A stretch of DNA of 64,000 nucleotides from Mustelus asterias (taxonomy: Eukaryota). How positions within the stretch are numbered: the stretch's first letter is position 1; each line of letters starts with the position of its first letter. Under the pieces are notes generated by a model. It saw nothing but the letters and a program-made list of their open reading frames with translations, made no database searches and had not been told where the DNA came from. Positions 13,305-24,025 of this stretch are shown here, in pieces. The position numbers and the translations under genes are program-made. Where the stretch lies: the NCBI RefSeq assembly GCF_964213995.1, contig NC_135816.1, positions 80,476,001 to 80,540,000 of the forward strand. Reading direction: 5' to 3'.

Positions 13305-14040
13305 AACTTTACTCTGTATCTAACCCCGTGCTGTACCTGTCCTGGGGGTGTTTGATGAGGACAGTGTAGAAGTAGCTTTACTCTGTATCTAACCCCGTGC
13401 TGTACTTGTCCTGGGAGTGTTTGATGGGGACAATGTAGAGGGAGCTTTACTCTGTATCTAACCCCGTGCTGTACCTGTCCTGGGGGTGTTTGATGAGGAC
13501 AGTGTAGAGGGAGCTTTACCCTGTATCTAACCCCGTGCTGTACCTGTCCTGGGGGTGTTTGATGAGGACAGTGTAGAGGGAGCTTTACTCTGTATCTAAC
13601 CCCGTGCTGTACCTGTCCTGGGGGTGTTTGATGAGGACAGTGTAGAGGGAGCTTTACTCTGTATCTAACGCCGTGCTGTACCTGTCCTGGGGGTGTTTGA
13701 TGGGGACAGTGCAGAGGGAGCTTCACTCTATATTAACCCCATGCTGTACCTGTCCTGAGAGTGTTTGATGAGGACAGTGTAGAGGGAGCTTTACTCTGTA
13801 TCTAACCTTGTGCAGTACCTGTCCTGGGTGTGTTTGACGGGGACAGTGTAAAGGGAGCTTTACTTTCTAACTACTCCATGCTGTACCTGTCCTGGAAATG
13901 ATTGATGGGGACAGCTTAGAGGAAGTGTACTCTGTATCTGACCCTGTACTGTACCTGACCTGGGCGTGTTTGATGTGTACAGTGTAGAGGGAACTTTACT
14001 CTGTATTTAACGCCATGTTGTACCTACCCTGGGAGGATGG
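13305..14040. repeat. 69-bp minisatellite, ~11 units (also 33655-33890 ~4, 49393-50060 ~10)
   Basis: ctgtatctaaccccgtgctgtacctgtcctggg(g/a)gtgtttgatg(a/g)ggacagtgtagagggagctttact; 23-aa periodic ORF. Confidence 0.95.
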
Positions 14041-14375
14041 GGAACTGTAAATATCACTGACTAGGCCACAGCTGAAGTTTTATGTATAGTTATGGTTAAC
14101 ACGTTACAGGAAGGACATAATTGCCCTGGAGCAAGTGCAAAGAAGATTCACAAAGATGTGGCCAGGGTTTGAATATTGTAGCTATGAGGTAGGGTTGGAT
14201 AGGCTCAGATTGTTATCCTTATAACAGTAGAGGCTAATTGAAGTAAACAAGTTCAGAAGAACCCAGGCAGGGTAGACAGGAAAGACCTGTTTCCCCTCGC
14301 AGAGGAATCAATTACCAGGGGGCATGGATTTAAGAACTACCCCACAAGATTTCTCTTTTTTGAAGCAAAACAAAC

Positions 14376-14386
14376 TTTAATTTATT
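14376..14386 (-). terminator. Candidate poly(A) signal of copy 1 (AATAAA/ATTAAA); equivalents near 50400 and 62015
   Basis: Minus strand AATAAATTAAA followed by GT-rich gtttgttttg; AATAAA retained in the diverged segment at 62 kb. Confidence 0.5.
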
Positions 14387-14879
14387 ACAAAAGTTCTACA
14401 AACTTGACATTGTACATTTTATAACCACGTATGCTGCAAATCTACATTTTTACTTTGTACTGAGATCGCTCACAAAATCCTGAAGATTAATTCATTTCTT
14501 CGAGAAGCAACTCAAATGTATGCCATAGCCCTCTAGAATTCACTTTGATTTCTCATCAGTTTCACACTGTGGCACTTAGACATCCAGAGCGGCTTCTCCC
14601 AGGAAGGATTCCATTGCCTTCGTGCCCTGACTTTGGACTGACAGACTGGTTTTCCCCAGTCTACTCCCATAGCTTCTCTACTGCTCCTTTTAAGATAACT
14701 ATTCAACTAACTGCTTCCTGCCACAAAGTGAACTGTCTTTCACTGAGGTTCCTCCCACTATTCCCATTCTGTCAGCTTCTTTTCCCCTCATGAATTACAA
14801 ATACATTTCAACAAGACCATATCTGCAAATAACTTAGGTCAGCAACATCCAGATAACTTAAACTGAAGAATTTTTGAAT

Positions 14880-15008
14880 CCCCCCCCCCACCGCCCACAG
14901 CCCACCGCCCACACCCAACCCCCACCGCCCCCCCAAACCCCCCACCCCCCCACCCCCCCCACCCCCCCCACCTCCCTCCCCACCCCCCCACCTCCCCCCA
15001 CCTCCCTT
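14880..15008. repeat. C-run tract (G-quadruplex-prone on - strand); copy 50897-51045
   Basis: Many runs of 3 or more C. Confidence 0.85.
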
Positions 15009-15196
15009 GAGCAACATGGAAACGGGATTGATGAAGTAATCCTATCAGATACTCAATGGGAATTGTGTGGTTTTCCTTTGCTTCTCTGAACAAGCTTTGA
15101 GCACCTCTGAGACATCAGATGTGGAGTATGACTGGCAGGTGCTGGGATTTCTCTCTGAAACAGGAATTCTGTCTGTTCAGGGACAAGACATCCCAG

Positions 15197-15535
15197 AGGA
15201 GGTTACAGAGATAGGGAGGGTTATAGAGGCTGGAGGAGGTTACAGAGACAGGGAGGATTATAGGGGCTGGAGGAGGTTACAGAGACAGGGAGGGTTATAG
15301 AGGCTGGAGGAGGTTACAGAGACAGGGAGGATTATAGGGGCTGGAGGAGGTTACAGAGATAGGGAGAGTTATAGGGGCTGGATGAGGTTACAGAGACAGG
15401 GAGGGTTATAGAGGCTCGAGGAGGTTATAGAGATAGGGAGGGTTGAAGGGGCTGGAGGAGATTACAGAGATAGGGAGGGTTATAGGGGCTGGAGGAGGTT
15501 AGAGAGATAGGGAGGGTTGTAGGGGCGAGAGGAGA
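15197..15535 (-). repeat. 37-bp minisatellite in inverted orientation, ~9 units (51234-51460 ~6)
   Basis: ggaggaggttacagagatagggagggttataggggct. Confidence 0.95.
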
Positions 15536-16343
15536 TTCCAAGTTAGGGATGAGTTCATACTGGGATTTGAACAAGAGGATAAGTGAATAGTCCCTCTCAG
15601 AATACACAATGACACTTTCTGTTCCACCTTCCTGACATTCTCAGCCTTGTCACAGGGCAGATTGTCAGCGATTGTCCTCTGATTGGCTACTGCTGCAATC
15701 TTGCTGTGATCGGCTGGGAATTCTGTGATTTTCCTGATGGGATGTCATGGACTGCTCTCTGGAAATGGCCCGGAATCAGAATGTCTTTCAGACTGTTGGA
15801 AAACACCTCTCCTCTCCCTCCTCTCACTCCATTCTTCTCCTCTGTCTCCTCCTCAGCCCGTTTCCTCCTTTTCCTCAGCCATCCAGCTCATAGACAGGTC
15901 CCTCTGTCCCTCCTCGAAGTTCTGTGAGAGAGGCAGGAGTCACAAAAAGTTATGACTGTGCATCCAGATACTGGTTTTTGGGTGCTTCAAGCTGAGGGGC
16001 TGAACGGAGGGAGAGGGGGAGAGAGAGAGAGAGGGAGAGGAGAGGGCAGGGGAGCAGGGAGATGAGATGGTGAGGAAGTGAATGAGGGAAAGGGAGAGGG
16101 AAGAAGAAGGAACAGCATTAGGGGAGGGAAGTTCAGAGCAGTGAGGAGACGAGGAAAGGGAAGGGTTCTCTGACGTGAGGGAGCGGGGAGGGAGAGGAGA
16201 AGAAAGGGAGGGAGGGGAATGGGAATGGAGGGTCAAGAGAGGAGGGAGCAGGCGAAAGGAAAAGGAATGTGAGAAATTGAAGGCGATGGAACGTGTAGCA
16301 ATGTGGGGGAGAGGGATACAAGTCTACAGAAAGAATCACCTAC

Positions 16344-16388
16344 CGTTTTGGATTTGCCCTCGGGTTCTCCTGGCCCCCAGTTCAGTGC
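16344..16388 (-). other. Candidate cytoplasmic-tail exon, 45 nt; copy at 52273-52317
   Basis: Acceptor ccttctctcttctatcag, donor CG|gtaggt, symmetric length. Confidence 0.55.
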
Positions 16389-16889
16389 CTGATAGAAGAG
16401 AGAAGGATGGGGGTCAGTGATCCCAGTCCTGACACAGAGCTGGATCCCAATCTCTATCTTCCTGTCTGTTCTCTTTCTCTTACCCTCTCTCTCAATCACT
16501 TGCTCTGCATTCAAAAACCCTCTCAATCCCCAACTCTCAACCATTATCTCTCTCTCTCTCTCTCTCCATCAAACTCATTTATTACCTCTATCTTTCCTGC
16601 CTCACAATTATTCTCTCTCAACCATTACCTCTCTCATTCTATCTCTCCCTCTCTCTGCCTCCCTCAATCTCACAGTCTCTTTCCCTCTCAATCTCCCACT
16701 CTCTTTCTGTCTTTCGGTCTCCCTGTTTCCCTGACTTTCTCCCTGAATCTCTGTCTCTCTTTTTCTCTCTCTGTCCCTCCTTCTGACTGAATCTTTTCCC
16801 ATTATGTCGGTCTCTCTATGTTTCTTACCCTTTATCTCTCCCTCTTCCTCTCTCTCAGTATCACGGGGCAGAAGTTTCAGGCCGCTCAC

Positions 16890-16962
16890 ACCCTCAGGGG
16901 TTTCTGGTCATGCTGCAATGAACGGTGTTTTGGCTGAGTGCCAAATTCTTTGCCTTTGCTTG
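16890..16962 (-). other. Candidate (possibly fossil) cytoplasmic-tail exon, 73 nt; copy at 52815-52887
   Basis: Unique island in CT-rich DNA; acceptor ccgctgcag, donor gtgagc; open only in phase 1 (xSKGKEFGTQPKHRSLQHDQKPLR). Confidence 0.5.
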
Positions 16963-17254
16963 CTGCAGCGGTGGGGCACGAACAGCAGGAAAATTCTCAT
17001 CTATGTCTCTCCTGTCTTGGTCTTTCTGTCTCTTTCTCTCCAATCCTGTCTATCTCAATCTCTCTCTCTCTTCGACTCTTTAAACTCTGGCCCTCTTACC
17101 CGCTCAATCTCTCACTCTGCCTCTCCCTCTATCTCATTCACAATCTCTCTCAGGCACTCTCAATCTCTCTCTCTCTGTCCCCTTCAATTACAATCTCTCT
17201 CGCTCTCTCTCTTGTTGCCCTCTCTCTCTTTCTCTCGCTCTGTCTCATTCTGTC

Positions 17255-17590
17255 TTTAAGGGGAGGTCTATAAAATAATGAGGGGCACAGGTCAGTTAGA
17301 TAGTCAACATCCTTTCCCAAAGGTAGGGGAGTCTAAAACTAGAGGGCAGAGGTTTAAGATGAGAGGGGAGAGATACAAAGAGGATGGTGAGCGTCTGGAA
17401 CAAGCTGCCAGACGTAGTAGTGGAGGTGGGTACAATTTAGACAGTTACATGGTTAAGATGGGTAAAGAGAGATATGAGCCAAACGTGGACGATTGGGAAC
17501 AGCTTGGTGGTTAAAAAAAAAGGGTGGCATGGACATGTTGGGGCAAAGGGCCTGTTTCCATGCTGTAAACCTCTATGACTCTATGACTCC
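17255..17590 (+). mobile_element. CR1 3' fragment; copies ~33960-34335 and ~53180-53515
   Basis: FPKVGESKTRG.RFK.RG; gggcctgtttccatgctgta tail. Confidence 0.75.
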
Positions 17591-17851
17591 TTGTTCTTCT
17601 CTTTCTGTCCCTCTGTCTCCACCACTATATCCCTGAATATTGAAGAGTAACACTCAGTATTATGTCTCTATCCCTCCTCCCTTCCTCTAACTCTCTCTTA
17701 TTCTCTCTTGTATCTCTGACTCTTTCTCCCTTTCTCTCGCTGTCTCATTCTGTTTTTATCTTCTAATCTCTCTCTCTCTCCCTCTGTCTCCATCACAATA
17801 TCCATGAAGATTGAAGAGTAACAGTACGATTCAGGAATGAGTTGCTAATAC

Positions 17852-17961
17852 TCAACGTTTGCTGATCACATGGACGATGACAATAATCGAGAGAAGAATA
17901 GTCAGAATGATGACAGAGCTGATGATCTTCGCAGTACATGGAGAGCTATAGGATGGTTCAG
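17852..17961 (-). CDS. Copy 1 exon 4, stalk + transmembrane
   Basis: Strong acceptor tttcccttctcctcctccag; ~21 hydrophobic residues then SKR-TGA; alternative in-frame acceptor at 18033. Confidence 0.8.
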
Positions 17962-20900
17962 CTGGAGGAGGAGAAGGGAAACAATCACTGTTAGAGGGAT
18001 GTATTTCACGGCCCATCACTTCACACTCACTGTCTGAGAGTAACAAAAGCAGAGAAAATGACACAGAGATACTGAGCAGTGGGTGCATGGTGGCACAGTG
18101 ATTAGCACTGCTGCCTCACAGTGCCAGGGAGCCGGGTTTGATTCCCGGCTAAGGTGACTGGGTGGAGTTTGCACGTTTTCCCCATGTCTGCGTGAGTTTC
18201 CTCCAGGTGCTCCAGTTTCCTCCCACAGCCTGAAAGACGTGCTGATTAGGTGCATTGGCCACGCTAAATGTTCCCACAGGATACCCAAACAGGCATCGGA
18301 GTGTGGCGACTAAGGAATTTTCACAGTAATTTCATTGCAGTGATAATGTAAGCCTACTTGTGACACTAATAAATTAACTTTAAAGTGAAGCTCCCTCTAC
18401 CCTGTCCCCATCAAACACACCATCCCCATACCCCCACTTCTTGCCTTCAAACAACTGCACAACCTCAAACAGACCATTGTCCGCAGCAAACTACCCAGCC
18501 TTCAGGAGAACAGTGACCATGACACTACACAACCCTGCCACAGCAATCTCTGCAAGATGTACCGGATCATCGACACGGATGCCATCAATCTCACGTGAGA
18601 ACACCATCCACCAGGTACACGGTACATACTCTTGCAACTCGGCCAACGTTGTCTACCTGATACGCTGCAGGAAAGGATGTCCCGAGGCATGGTACATTGG
18701 GGAAACCATGCAGACGCTACGACAACGGATGAATGAACACCGATCGACAATCACCAGACAAGACTGTTCTCTTCCTGTTGGGGAACACTTCAGCGGTCAT
18801 GGGCATTCAGCCTCTGATCTCCGGGTAAGCGCTCTCCAAGGCGGCCTTCACGACACACGACAGCGCAGAATCGCTGAGCAGAAACTGATAGCCAAGTTCC
18901 GCACACATGAGGACGGCCTCAACCGGGATGTTGGGTTCATGTCACACTATCTGTAACCCCCACAACTTGCCTGGATGTGCAAAATCTCACTCGCTGTCCT
19001 GTCTGGAGACAATACACAGCTCTTTAACCTGTGCTTAATGCTCCCTCCACTCACATTGTCTGTACCTTTAAGACTTGATTAGCTGTAAAGACTCGCATTC
19101 CAATCATTATTCATGTAAATTGAGTTTGTGTCTTTGTGCCCTGTTTGTGATCAGAACTCCCACCCACCTGATGAAGGAACAGCCTGTTCCGAAAGCTTGT
19201 GGCTTTTGCTACCAAATAAACCTGTTGGACTTTAACCTGGTGTTGTAAGACTTCTTACTGTGTTTACCCCATCAAATACACCCAGGACATTACAAAATAG
19301 AGCCATTTAACATTTGAATGCAGTTGTTTCTTTGTCTGACTGTGATACTCACTCAGTACAGTTACATTTTTCTCTTCCTCAGACTCACCAGGTTTGTTTT
19401 CATTGCAGACGTCACTCAGTTTGATGCGTGCAGTGTCTTCACTGACGGGGTTCCTGGCCTCACACTTGTACACATTGTCCTCGATCTGTGCTGTGAAATG
19501 AAGCTGTAACTCCTGTCCATTTTCAGAGAGATGATGGATGCTTTCATTCCTCAATGCTTCTTGTCCCATCCACCAACTGAAGCTGGTGTTGTCGCCTGTG
19601 TTCACTGAGCAGCTCAGGGTGATGTTACAGTTCTCTGTGATCTGACAGCTGATCTTTGTTCCTGTCACAGGCTCTGATATTCAGATTGAAAGACAAGAGA
19701 TACATGAGGAAGGAATGTCGGCCCTTGTGGGTCACCTCAATATCCAGCACCCTCACGCCCGCTTCAAGACAACTCTGAACCCCGCTCAACCCTCCATTTT
19801 AACCATTCACTCAGAGTGTGGGATTGTATCCTGGGAATTCTCTCTGGATCAGTCTCATTGGTGACTCCAGTAAGTGGTCCCTGTGACCCTCATTATCTGG
19901 AGGGCACACTCTCGATCTGCTGGGGAATTGGTTAAAGAAGATCAGTCTGGGTTCACAATAGAGAGACTCTAGAATGATGATAGAGTTGTCACTGTGTACC
20001 CTGTTCAGGGAGATAGTGGTGTTGTGATAATGTCACTAGACCAGTAATCCAGAGACCCAGACTAAAGCTCTGCTGGTGTCGGTTCAAATCCAACCATGGC
20101 AGCTGATAGAAATTAAATTCAATTAATAAAATCTGGAATCGAAAACTTATCTCAGCAATGGTGAACATGAAACTGCCATTGATTGTTGTAAAAACCCATC
20201 AAGTTCATAATGTCCTTTAGGGACGGAAATCTGCTATCCTTACCTACATGTGACTCCAGATCCAAAGCAATGTGGTTGACTTTTAACTGCCCTCTGAAAT
20301 TGTCAAGCAAGCCGCAAAGTTCAAGGGCAATTAAGGATAGGAAACAAAGTCTGGCCTTGCCAACAACGCCCACATCCCATGAAAGAAGAAAATATCCCTG
20401 ACGAATGGAATATATTAGAGGCTGTCCTCTCTGATCTCAGTAACATCTGGACTAGGAGACGGTGGTTGAGGCAACAACTCATTTATTTACGTGTGGCAGG
20501 TGAAGGATTATACATGACGGTTAAAATCGTTAGTGTGTTTGACATGGCAGATACTGTGAGGCTGTTCCCCCTTCCCTGCCCCGCTTGGAGATAGTGGAAT
20601 TAGAGGGGTCACAATTTCGGGGTAAGGGGTATTATAGGATACTTAAGGGGCTTGACAGGATAAATGCTAAGAGTATGTTTCCCCTCATGGGAGAGTCGAG
20701 AACCAGGGGGCATCGTCTCAGAATAAAGGATCGCCGATTTAAGACTGAGGCGATGAGGAATTTCTGCTGTCAGAAGGTTGTGAGTGTTTGGAACTCCTTG
20801 CCACAGAGAGCTGTGGGGAAAGATTCCTTGTGTATATCTAATGCTGCAATAGATAGATTCTTGATTAAGCGAATCGAGGGTTATGGGAAAAGGGCAGGAA

Positions 20901-22358
20901 AGTGGCTGTGAGGAATATGGGGTCCCCTATGTTGCAGTGGATGATGGAGCAGGCTTGAAGGGTTGAATGACTGGCTCTTGTTCCTATTTCTCATGGTCTT
21001 GTGGTCAGACTATTCCAGATTGAGAAGAGGAGGAACTGATTTCTCGCAGGGTTTTGAAGATTTGGAATTCTCTCCCCTCGGGAGCTCGGGATTCTCTCTC
21101 GATGAGGATATTCAAGACCAAGATGGAGAGATGTTTTGACAGAAGTCAGATTGAGGGATTTGGGAATCGGGTGGGATGATGGAGTTGATGTAGCTGATCA
21201 GACAGGATCTTATTGAATGGTGGAACAGGCTCAAGGAGCTGAATGACCTCTTATTCCTATCTTTCAGAGAGCAGTGAAGCTCAGTCATCCAATAGAATCT
21301 CACTTACCGTACACATCCAGTTTAACTCTCTCTGTATTTTCCACTTCTGAATTTCCGGTTACAATCACCTCATAATCCCCGGTGTCCGCTCTCTGTAAGT
21401 CACTGATTTGCAGGCTGAAGTTCCCAGGATGAAGTTTTATCCGTTTCTTGTAATCCTCAGCACCAAAATATTGAACATGGCCCTTCATGTATCTTGCTAC
21501 TCTGAGTCTGGGTGAAGACCGTATCCAGAAAACCTCTTCAATCTTCGATCCATGTGGATTCTCCAGAGACAGGTAGACTGACTGACCCAGGGAGCCATTC
21601 ACAGGGAGACGGGCAGCCTGATTCTGAACTGAAGTTTAACAAGAGGAAACAGTCAGTGAGTGCAGAACGAGACCAGCTCAGTGACTGGAGGTTATTTCAA
21701 TTCAGAGCACAACACAGTACAGGAAGAGGCCATTCAACCCATCATGCCCATACTAGTTCTATGACAGTGATCTTCTTAATCTCATTCCCTTCTACTTCTT
21801 CCATCTCACTGCAAATTTACCCCCTTCAAAGTATTTCTCCAATTCCCCCATTTGCAAGTTGCTATTGAATCTGCTTCCACTGCCTTCCAGGCGGCACCTT
21901 CCAGATCACAACAACTTGCTGTGTAAAAACATTCCTCCTCATCCTCCTCTCTGGTTATTTTACTGATTCTCTTCAATCTGTATCTCTCTGTGGTTACCAA
22001 CTCCCCTGTCACTAGAAACACTTTCCCCTCGTTCACTCCATCCAAACGCTTCCTGATTTTGAACGCCTCAATTCAATCTTCCCTTAACCTTCTGTGCTCT
22101 AAGGAGAACAATCCCAGTTTCTCCCAGTCTCTCTGCATTGACTGAAGCCCCTGATTTCCTGGACCTGTTCCAGTAAATTTTCCACATCCTCTCCGAGGCC
22201 TTCAGAGTGTTCCAATGAGAATTTGGACATCAAAATCTCAAATGAGGAAGCAAAACAGAACTGAGAGAGACAGAGAGAACCACAGACACTGAATAAAACT
22301 CACAGATCGATATGGAGAGAGCCAGCGAACAGCAGATTAACCATTTCCCGAACTCCAT
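17852..22358 (-). CDS. CD2/SLAM-family Ig receptor, copy 1 (exons 22358-22304, 21628-21308, 19673-19389, 17961-17852; ~256 aa)
   Basis: Exons join in frame through phase-1 GT-AG introns: MEFGKWLICCSLALSISI|FQNQAARLPVNGSLGQSV..D(T)GDY..KLDVY|EPV..CNITLSC..YKCEARNPVS..C|AEPSYSSPCTAKIISSVIILTILLSIIVIVHVISKR*. A Cys-less V domain plus C2 with YxCxAxNPVS is the CD2/SLAM architecture. The 3' end is uncertain (see findings). Confidence 0.9.
18081..18380 (+). mobile_element. tRNA-derived SINE (HE1/Mermaid-like); copies ~34855-35155 and ~54007-54305
   Basis: A box tggcacagtga, B box ggtttgattcc, gtttcctccaggtgctccagtttcctcccaca core. Confidence 0.8.
18422..19271 (+). mobile_element. Penelope-like element in intron 3 of copy 1
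   Basis: GIY-YIG ORF 18441..18956; ~16-bp flanking repeat ccccatcaaa(c/t)acacc. Confidence 0.9.
19164..19202 (+). ncRNA. Minimal hammerhead ribozyme motif
   Basis: ccac CTGATGA a ggaaca gcc tgttcc GAAA gctt gtgg. Confidence 0.75.
19389..19673 (-). CDS. Copy 1 exon 3, IgC2 domain
   Basis: Acceptor atatcag, donor gtgagt, 285 nt; CNITLSC..FSW..YKCEARNPVS. Confidence 0.92.
20010..20390 (+). mobile_element. Second SINE family with tRNA-like head; copies ~36782-37165 and ~55932-56315
   Basis: B box ggttcaaatcc; LINE-like tail ggccttgccaacaacgcccacatcccatgaa. Confidence 0.6.
20490..22210. mobile_element. Several CR1/L2-type 3' fragments in introns 1-2 (not the V exon); repeated in copies 2 and 3
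   Basis: ILKGLDR..FPLMGESRTRGH..VWNSLP (20585..20911); minus-strand piece 21700-22200. Confidence 0.7.
21308..21628 (-). CDS. Copy 1 exon 2, IgV domain
   Basis: Acceptor aacttcag, donor gtaagt, 321 nt; W in C strand, SLQISDL..DTGDY motif, no Cys. Confidence 0.92.
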
Positions 22359-22770
22359 CTTCCTTCAGTAACAGAAGTGAGGGGTGGCTCTGAGAGATTG
22401 GAGACAATCTTGGGGGAAGGGGGGGTTTTGGTGGTGACGGTGGGACAGGAGAGACAGATCAGAACCCAACAGCCCAGTCACCACCTTCCCTTTACTCCCT
22501 GCTGGACTGCTAACAGTGAGGTAGATAGTTGGAGTGAGATTTGGTTGGATGGTGGGCTCGGGGAGGCTGCACTCTGATCTGGCAGAGTCTCACTATCCAG
22601 TCAGTATTGAAGAGCAGTCCGGTCAGTTGATGCGTGTAAAGCAGACGATAGAATAGGCGAAGAGAGGAAGCCAGGCTGGGAGGAAGTTATTCTGAAATTA
22701 GAGAGAGGCACATACTGGTCACAGTTGTTGAGTCAGAAAGTGCGTGGAGCTGGACCACACCACTTTCCAG
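22240..22770 (-). promoter_or_regulatory. Putative promoter / intron-1 region of copy 1 with ETS-like (GAGGAAG) and RUNX-like (ACCACA) motifs
   Basis: gaggaag at 22244, 22664 and 22680; aaccaca 22278; gaccaca 22753; same motifs in copies 2 and 3; short motifs only. Confidence 0.3.
22304..22358 (-). CDS. Copy 1 exon 1, signal peptide
   Basis: ATG at 22358, MEFGKWLICCSLALSISI+T, donor gtgagt; 55 nt, phase 1. Confidence 0.85.
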
Positions 22771-23809
22771 CTTTGCCTGGGGGGAGGGGGGAGCTCCATC
22801 TGCAAACTATCAGCTCCTGAGACTCCAGCCTTTTATCTAGGCCGACCCTCAGACTGCCATGTGGGGATTGGGCATGCATGAGGTGAGTCCGTGTACCAAT
22901 CTTCAGAAGACAGTGCAGAGGGGGTAGCAAGAGTTGTACACGGGGAGTTTGGGAACAGGATTCAGGGGGTTTGGAGTGAGGGCAGGGTAAGGGGGTTGTC
23001 ATCCTGGTTTATGGCTGTGTAAGGGTGAGGGTTAAGGGTCAGCGATCAGGGCTGTTTGTCAAGGTTTTTAAATGAGGGGTTTTGGGGTCAGGTTTCGAGG
23101 CTCAGAGACTCCTCAGTCTGGGAGCATGGTGTGACATCAGTCTGGGGTCAGGGTGTATGGACAAGGGTCAGAGATTAAAGTCACAATGTGCGTCTTGGGG
23201 CCAGAGGGTGCGTTTGCAGTGTGCAGTGCAGGGTTAGAGTTCACTGACATGTGCAGTAAGGGGTCAGAGATCACTGACCGAGTGCACAGTCAGGGGTCAG
23301 AGTTCACTCACCATGTGCAGTCAGGGTTAAGAGTTCACCGACAGTGTTTGCAGTCTGGGGTGAGGGTTAGCTGCCAGGTTGTGCTGCCAGAGGTCACTGC
23401 CAGTGGGTACAGTCAAACCCCAGAGGTTTGGGTCAGGATTCACGGGTCAGATATGATTTATACCCTCCTGTCTTGAGTGGTAACCTCTGGTGTTGTTTTG
23501 GATCAAATGCTGTTTGAACAGCCAGCGTGGGGGCAGAGGGTGTAGGTCACATGTGGCAAGGCAGAGTTCACTGATTGGAGGGTGCGTGATGAGAGCTGGG
23601 AGGGATCAAGGGGTCCAGCCAGCCTGAGGAAGATGGGGTGGGCCTGAGTGATAGGGAGTGAGGCGAGAGGGATCAGGGCTTTTGGATGTGGAGGCCAGAT
23701 AGGAAGAAGAGATGGAGGAGCCTCTGAGAGAGCAAGGGGCTGGAGGATGGGCAAGGCAAGAGAAATTGAGGAGGAGCTGGTGATGAGGGGGAAGAGAAAT
23801 AATCAACTA

Positions 23810-24025
23810 CAACCCTCCCTATCTCTGTAACCACCTCCAGCCCCTACAACACTCCCTATCTCTGTAACCTCCTCCAGCCCCGACAACCCTCCCTATCTCT
23901 GTAACCTCCTCCAGCCCCAAGAACCCTCCCTATCTCTGTAACCTCCTCCAGCCCCGACAACCCTCCCTATCTCTGTAACCTCCTCCAGCCCCAACAACTC
24001 TCCCTTTCTCTGTAACCTCCTCCAA
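23810..24025 (+). repeat. 37-bp minisatellite, ~6 units (40415-40815 ~11; 59560-60165 ~17)
   Basis: ccctccctatctctgtaacctcctccagcccctacaa. Confidence 0.95.

Noticed and set aside
13235-13726. 163-aa ORF with 23-aa repeats, or a CRISPR-like array
   Set aside because: Translation of a head-to-tail 69-bp minisatellite; no unique spacers, eukaryotic context
15040-15999. ITSM/ITIM motifs in the candidate tail
   Set aside because: Tyrosines found (QYLD, VYEL, SYST) do not match TxYxxV/I, and two lie beyond stops
16400-17270. Ser/Leu- and Arg/Glu-rich ORFs
   Set aside because: CT/GA low-complexity artefacts
18081-18150. tRNA gene
   Set aside because: A/B boxes belong to a SINE head; no full cloverleaf seen
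19264-19388. C-terminal extension ESEEEKNV.. of the C2 ORF as a secreted isoform
   Set aside because: Read-through past a perfect gtgagt donor into intron and TE; stop position differs between copies
17852-22358. Assigning a specific symbol (CD2, CD48, CD58, SLAMF9)
   Set aside because: Family is recognisable but orthology cannot be established without a phylogeny
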